NCBI RefSeq assembly: GCF_000315625.1
Contig: NW_005434504.1
Span: 1 to 64,000 of the forward strand
Direction: 5' to 3'
DNA: 64,000 nucleotides
Source: Guillardia theta CCMP2712
Taxonomy: Eukaryota > Protista > Cryptophyta
This document shows positions 59,701-64,000 of the stretch, one piece after another (the first letter of the stretch is position 1; every line of letters starts with the position of its first letter). The notes below the pieces were generated by a model that was not told the origin of the DNA, did no database searches, and was given only the letters and a program-made list of their open reading frames with translations. A program made the position numbers and the translations under genes.

Positions 59701-62126
59701 TTGGAATCTCTATCGATCCAGTTGGCCTCCATGGAGTACGCCCCCGCGCCCACGATGAGCCCATCGATGTTGGCGTGCGTGTTGATGCACTCCTCGCAGT
59801 ACGCCTTCCGCGGTGGCGAGCAGGGGATGGGGAACGTCACTCCCCCGCAGGTCGGCGCCTCCCCGCAGGTCTCCGTGCAGACTTGTTCGAGAGATATGCC
59901 GGTGTAACCCTGCTGGCAGGTGACCTGGCAGGACAGCCTCTCGGTGGCTTTGTAGATGACGGCATTGGGAGAGACGACAGGGAAGCATGTCCGGCAGTGC
60001 TGCTGGGGGGTGCATGCTGCCTGGGTCCCTGCGGATGTGTCGCTACACTGGCACGATTCCACGTACTCCCCGGCAAGGCAGGTGGAGGAGAGCGAGTAGC
60101 AGTCAAAGCAGCTCCCGTACCTTGGAGGCGGGTTGATCTCCCCACGGCTGAACCCCTGGCAGTCGTACCTCCCAAAGAGGGCGTATTGCGGGTCATTGGA
60201 GAGCGCCGTGCGGAATGCAGAGTTGCACACCTCGAAGGGGAGGGCTGCGCACGAGAGATAGCTGAAGCCCGGCACATCCGACTGGTTCACAAAGAGCAAG
60301 CCCTGACCCGCGTCCTGCTTCGTGGTGCTATCGAAGCCCAAGGCAACGCAATATTTGCACTCGTCCAAGACAGTGTGGGTGGGGCTCTGCTTCAAGACAG
60401 CGCAAACGGGTGAACCGCAGTCCACACAGGTGCTGCTAGGTTCCCGGTCCGGGCAAACCTTGTCCCCGCTGTACTTGGTAGACGGGGTGATGGAGTTCCA
60501 GTACTCGCAGAAGCCACCGCAGGACTGCACACAGTGGACGTTGTCGATGGAGTGGTTCGTCGCTCCGTCGCAGTAGTGGCAGGAAGTCTCCCCGTAGCCG
60601 GAATACTGGTCGAAGGGGCAGGGCTTACAGTAGTCAATCTGTGGGGTACCGTCCTGGTACGTGCCTGGCTCACACGGGACACAGACGTACACAATGTTGG
60701 TGCCTTGATTCGGGAGGAGCTGAAGCTTTGTCCCGCGCGGACAGTCCTCACACGCCGTCTGCTGCTGGTTGGGCTTTTGCCCCAGAGGGCAGAACTTGCA
60801 TCCGATGTCGTAATCTGTGGAGTACGTGTGAACGGGACAGCGGACGCACATGTAATATGCGGTCAATGTATCACCCTGTTCCGTCAGGCAATCCGTCTCT
60901 TCATCCGTCAATGCTGCCTTGCTCTGGTACTTCACGTGGAACCCGGCACGGCAGGCACATTGTGCAAATGCGTGCCCACCAGAGACGATCGTGGTCATCA
61001 GGATGCGGTTCACGGTGCAGTAGCGGTGGAAGGGGGACATGCAATACTCGTGCTCCACCCAGGTCATAATCGAGTCCACGCCATCTGATTGATATTGCTG
61101 TGAGAGCATTGAAGCGGTCTTGGGTGCACATACAGTATCGAAGATGTAGTATGCGGTGGAGTAGACATAACCTCCTTCATCGGCTATTCTGCAAGAACTA
61201 CCTTGGACACAGTTTTGTGAAGTTCCACAATTGAGGACATACTGGTTGTAAACCCCCAAGGAGAGGCATGTCTCTGGGCATGGCATGCAGGTGCCCGGGC
61301 TGCTCGCGTAGGTGGTGATTGCCCCAATCTTGCCGCAGTTGATCCTCACCTCGTTGGGGTCGGGACACGATTCGCAGGGGAGGCAGTTGATGTCCTTCAA
61401 AGTCCTCCCGCATGTGAAGTCTGGATCGCGGTACTGCCCCTCTACGCAGTACTTGCCCGTTGCGGAGCTGCAGCCGATGCACTGCCCTGGGTCAAGACCC
61501 CCACACCCGCTGAGCCACTCCGCAGACCCGCACCGCTGCGCCGCCGCGTCCGAGCACCACGTGCACGTGCCCGGATTGTTTGGAGCACCACAGCCGGCGG
61601 CATAATTTGATGATTGCCTCTCGATGTCGTACGAGTTACAAGTGGTGCAGGGCTGGCAGGTCCCCGCGCTAGTTCCCGAGCAGCCCGATCGGTACTGCAC
61701 CGGGTACGGAAACTCTGTGGGACACGTCTCGCAATTGTTGCAAGTGCCGGGGGTGTAGCCCTGGATGTCGCGATTTGCGCCAGCCGCGACATAATACGAT
61801 TGGCCGCACCCGGTTCTGTACTGGTTGTTGGTACATTGGTGAACATAATCGCCATCACTGTTACACAATCCCGCATAAGGAGCATTGTTGCAATAGTCTG
61901 GAGAGAAGTATGTGAATGCACTGTTGCCACAACTGAAACATCCATCAAAACTCTCCGGCTGAGGGTTGAAGAACCCCGCTTTGCAAGCGCAGTAGGCCTC
62001 CGATCCTTTACTTTCTACAAAGTCCGCATTGAAGTAGCACGAGTCGGCCACAAAGTTGAAATCAACGGCCACAGATACAACCGGTAGCAACACAAGCAGT
62101 TGTAACCCATGAAAACCTACCCGCAT
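56778..62126 (-). CDS. Giant Cys-rich type I membrane protein (TNFR/furin-like repeats)
   Basis: About 1780 aa; signal peptide; many CxxC/CxxGxY modules; Cys-poor central region; C-terminal TM. Confidence 0.9.
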   Translation of the reverse strand: MRVGFHGLQLLVLLPVVSVAVDFNFVADSCYFNADFVESKGSEAYCACKAGFFNPQPESFDGCFSCGNSAFTYFSPDYCNNAPYAGLCNSDGDYVHQCTNNQYRTGCGQSYYVAAGANRDIQGYTPGTCNNCETCPTEFPYPVQYRSGCSGTSAGTCQPCTTCNSYDIERQSSNYAAGCGAPNNPGTCTWCSDAAAQRCGSAEWLSGCGGLDPGQCIGCSSATGKYCVEGQYRDPDFTCGRTLKDINCLPCESCPDPNEVRINCGKIGAITTYASSPGTCMPCPETCLSLGVYNQYVLNCGTSQNCVQGSSCRIADEGGYVYSTAYYIFDTVCAPKTASMLSQQYQSDGVDSIMTWVEHEYCMSPFHRYCTVNRILMTTIVSGGHAFAQCACRAGFHVKYQSKAALTDEETDCLTEQGDTLTAYYMCVRCPVHTYSTDYDIGCKFCPLGQKPNQQQTACEDCPRGTKLQLLPNQGTNIVYVCVPCEPGTYQDGTPQIDYCKPCPFDQYSGYGETSCHYCDGATNHSIDNVHCVQSCGGFCEYWNSITPSTKYSGDKVCPDREPSSTCVDCGSPVCAVLKQSPTHTVLDECKYCVALGFDSTTKQDAGQGLLFVNQSDVPGFSYLSCAALPFEVCNSAFRTALSNDPQYALFGRYDCQGFSRGEINPPPRYGSCFDCYSLSSTCLAGEYVESCQCSDTSAGTQAACTPQQHCRTCFPVVSPNAVIYKATERLSCQVTCQQGYTGISLEQVCTETCGEAPTCGGVTFPIPCSPPRKAYCEECINTHANIDGLIVGAGAYSMEANWIDRDSNSRIGSFENLMILKRAVAYENTLCVRGNRVVGQINGIGSASYNSLADPQVFLFPTRCYWDGNLTWQDNLKLLPLENRFVDPGTPQWETNAVAYAIPQNNSQLGDTVLFLRLFANTKTLRIGPIDLSSADGKINGWVVSFHYKTTHNAAAQITLGNTLTSTLQSQAIWDIAILTGFSHYSSTAVLSVGFTPIVWTDLYLDEFSVVPNFLYGAPTCNTADGVELCSGAQLNFPNEANLQEIYGEGTLPATLPFGVRQFHLVFTHAAIAGSLSVWMEVNDEKVPICTKDLSSSVSLRHICTLPVYLSWRGAAQYPLFTEGPPGLLTGSLHLTLHPMACSYRCLFSDYFFTNDRCVRCNTTCLPGSAFQGCNPDGTPICVTCAEALPGFARWLPNVCEYECFEGYYAANSSACLACPTSSCPVGQHRAQCQAVVGATCQECTTKRSTIAAYETFEEFITPGIPFDSDNCITQCVQGSYRREPNCLPCRTLPFAGWELRNSTPHRTLSCTQVQNALAVACVGLQHGRYTGYATGMDEDCPAVCDAGYYPATSEVAFTLPFWEAGTRADDRTFSERRLNLTVCNPCMETTLSNGAYTAGCSYVCDVNYVKSPTASKPQNCIYCPGEACLAGEYQSGCHLEATCLPCTSLADPHREFTAVGLFEDPNSCPSQCSSSYWSTSALSNCTACTPEASLSCNLSSNYIQACTPTSDASCRPCSPSCDPGYFTAALCSDHVDRVCDRCLNPLPQHARFLAECIVECIPDYVRHNASYCGFCDPRRVCGVGTYFDDCKASNSYVGCSPCRNGLEQNHSVLYLTPGEPYQPYSCSWRCAVGTVLGRNSTGGLACVTRVSDIIPTPAPLQTPPSSCPPGQYLSPQLLCEPCTNTIPPQYAIWTSGCTWICTPGRIAVQDPIQQRFTCMVYADYLDIVLNTRRVLIQNPFNDTYRPHVVGYSREAAGLGAAGFACLVGFVGMALVCCRYK

Positions 62127-62155
62127 CCGCACCCACCCCTTTCAACCCATTAATT

Positions 62156-63355
62156 TCAATATTCTTTAATAACAAACCTAGAAATGAACCAACCGAACAC
62201 ACAGACCACCACGAAGCTCGAATCCCCCTCAAACGGGAAGAGGAAGGACCTCCGGAATCCGACATAGTGGGTCAGGGCCACGACGGTAGCATCAAAGAGG
62301 AGCAGCAGGGTCTCGCACGCCAGCTCGTCGCTCCGTACCTCCTTCCCCTCCGCCCACCTCCCGACCTGCAGTTCCAGGAGTTTATAGAAGCTTCTTAGGG
62401 TGAGCATGACGAGGAGGATCCCGACATATGGGTTCGCGAGGGTCTTGTACACGCTCTGGGTGAGTAAGAGAAGTATCCCCGTGTTCAGATTGAAGGTGAG
62501 GAAGTGGGCGACGCGGTGCTTTGTGTCTGTAGTAAGGACCTTGTAGCTAAGCACAGCGAAGTGTACGGCGATGTAGACGATCATGACGACGGCATATGCA
62601 ATCTCCTCGTTGAGGATGAGCTCGCTGCCAGCGAGAGTGTACCCCACGGAGAGCCCGACGGTGGCAGCAACCCCGCCGATTTCCACGGCGCGGGCGGTCC
62701 AGCGGAGGTACGACTCCGGGTGTATGGGGATGGCTGTCTTCTGTTGGTCGTGGAATAACAGGTGGGAGAGGTTCTGAGCGGTGCAGCTGACGAGGTAGAT
62801 GCTGGTGAGGCTGATAACGACGTATAGCCAGGTCGGGGTGACCATTCTGCGATGGAAGGCGCGCTCCCCATCCCAGAGCACATCCAGCCTCTCCCCGACG
62901 GCGTCGCAGACGGACACGTCGTAGACCCCCGCTGGGTCGACGATAATCCTTCCCGTCCCTGCTGAGCTGCATCCTACCTCCGCGATCGGGTAGATATCGG
63001 ATGATACGCCGGACACATTCCCTGAGATGAAGGTAGAGCCGATCGGGAAGAAGCGGCTCCCCCCGTCAGTGGTGCAGAGGGATGACGGGCCCGGACGGCA
63101 CGGGATTGCCTCCCACCCATTCGTCCGGATCCCGTCGGCTCGGATGAACAGGATTCCCCTCTCGTTGATCCGGACGCCGCGGCTGGAGCGGAGGAGCTGG
63201 TGCGTGTCCCCGCCTGTCCACCGAATCAATCTCTGCCCCTCCGCCGTCACCGCCGTCGGCATGCTCTGGTCGGAGAGGCTCAGGAAGTACGCGGCTGTTA
63301 CCTGGAATGTTCCCAGAAGGGAGAGCATGGGAAGCATGATGGGACGGTATCCCAT
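62156..63355 (-). CDS. Multi-pass membrane protein with N-terminal ectodomain
   Basis: Signal-like N-terminus, about 170-aa soluble region, then about seven hydrophobic segments. Confidence 0.8.
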   Translation of the reverse strand: MGYRPIMLPMLSLLGTFQVTAAYFLSLSDQSMPTAVTAEGQRLIRWTGGDTHQLLRSSRGVRINERGILFIRADGIRTNGWEAIPCRPGPSSLCTTDGGSRFFPIGSTFISGNVSGVSSDIYPIAEVGCSSAGTGRIIVDPAGVYDVSVCDAVGERLDVLWDGERAFHRRMVTPTWLYVVISLTSIYLVSCTAQNLSHLLFHDQQKTAIPIHPESYLRWTARAVEIGGVAATVGLSVGYTLAGSELILNEEIAYAVVMIVYIAVHFAVLSYKVLTTDTKHRVAHFLTFNLNTGILLLLTQSVYKTLANPYVGILLVMLTLRSFYKLLELQVGRWAEGKEVRSDELACETLLLLFDATVVALTHYVGFRRSFLFPFEGDSSFVVVCVFGWFISRFVIKEY

Positions 63356-63524
63356 ATCCCGTCTCACCGTCCTCCGAATCAAAATAGCCAGGCTGTACCC
63401 TTGCTAAATACGTCGCGGAAAGGTACCGCAATGCGTACCTCCAGTGGACCATCCTACTTGGGTCCGGCCGGCAGCCCCGCCCGTCTTATACATCCCAAGG
63501 CTCAAAAAAAAAATAAAACCAGGC

Positions 63525-64000
63525 CTATGAAAAGATGAGACTCTGTGCCTTGGGCATCATTTGATCTTCGTGGACCATGATCTGCCACATGATGCGCTTG
63601 GTGTTGTTGAGCGTGGGGTTGATCGTCACCGTGCGGAGCTTCTCGCATATCTGCGAGATGCACTTTTGCAGGGCCATGAAGGAGGCCTGATCCTGGTTTT
63701 TCGAGTAAGCCTCGTGCGCGGCCTGGTACCTAGTCTGAACATCCTTGAAGACTTCATGCAACTTGCAGCAGGTAATGAGTAAGAGATGCACCTGGTCCAA
63801 GATCTCGTTGATCTGCGCCGGGCCGTCATCGTCCCCTACGCGCGTAAGCGACTCGAAGAAGTTCATGGCGATAGGCGCGCAGTTTTGGATGAGGTTGTCC
63901 ACGCTCTCCATGCAGTTAACATTCACCTCCAGTGAGTTGTGAAAGTTACTGCTATCCACCTGCGTGTACCGCACTGGGAAGTTGGACTCTACGCGCAGTA
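63525..64000 (-). CDS. Hypothetical helical protein, 5'-partial
   Basis: Frame is open from the window edge to the stop at 63525. Confidence 0.7.
   Translation of the reverse strand, partial: LRVESNFPVRYTQVDSSNFHNSLEVNVNCMESVDNLIQNCAPIAMNFFESLTRVGDDDGPAQINEILDQVHLLLITCCKLHEVFKDVQTRYQAAHEAYSKNQDQASFMALQKCISQICEKLRTVTINPTLNNTKRIMWQIMVHEDQMMPKAQSLIFS

Larger units (their letters stand above)
37412..64000. mobile_element. Endogenous large-DNA-virus-like segment III (largely intact, runs off window)
   Basis: About 25 intronless ORFs with short or overlapping intergenic spacing; left end cut mid-gene by satellite B. Confidence 0.75.

Overview
This window looks like eukaryotic (probably protist/algal) heterochromatin. 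Three blocks of intronless, gene-dense, large-DNA-virus-like sequence (about 758-10143, 10949-22778, 37412-64000+) are interleaved with three satellite families (332, 317 and about 170 bp units), non-autonomous TIR transposons with CAT...ATG ends and one host-like FkbM methyltransferase. The viral blocks encode a truncated candidate capsid triplex/decoration protein (suggesting Mirusviricota; this is inference), DcpS, an Upf1/Dna2-like SF1 helicase, two GDCED transglutaminase-like homologues, two more papain-fold proteases, a lipase-3-like protein, Cys-rich surface proteins and many ORFans. No major capsid protein, polymerase or terminase was recognised, so the virus group is not established. 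Notable structure: (i) two origin-like palindromes with AT-rich cores (763-1049, 54087-54503); (ii) five coiled-coil genes of 59 to about 1240 aa sharing a C-terminal G-x-x-R motif; (iii) several chimeric gene junctions, with foreign coding fragments of about 165 bp on both sides of a satellite block; (iv) three transposon insertion points within 29 bp of the 317-bp satellite unit; (v) an exact 1250-bp inversion between two TA dinucleotides. All protein calls are by-eye motif recognition without database searches. Assembly or amplification chimerism cannot be excluded for the junctions.
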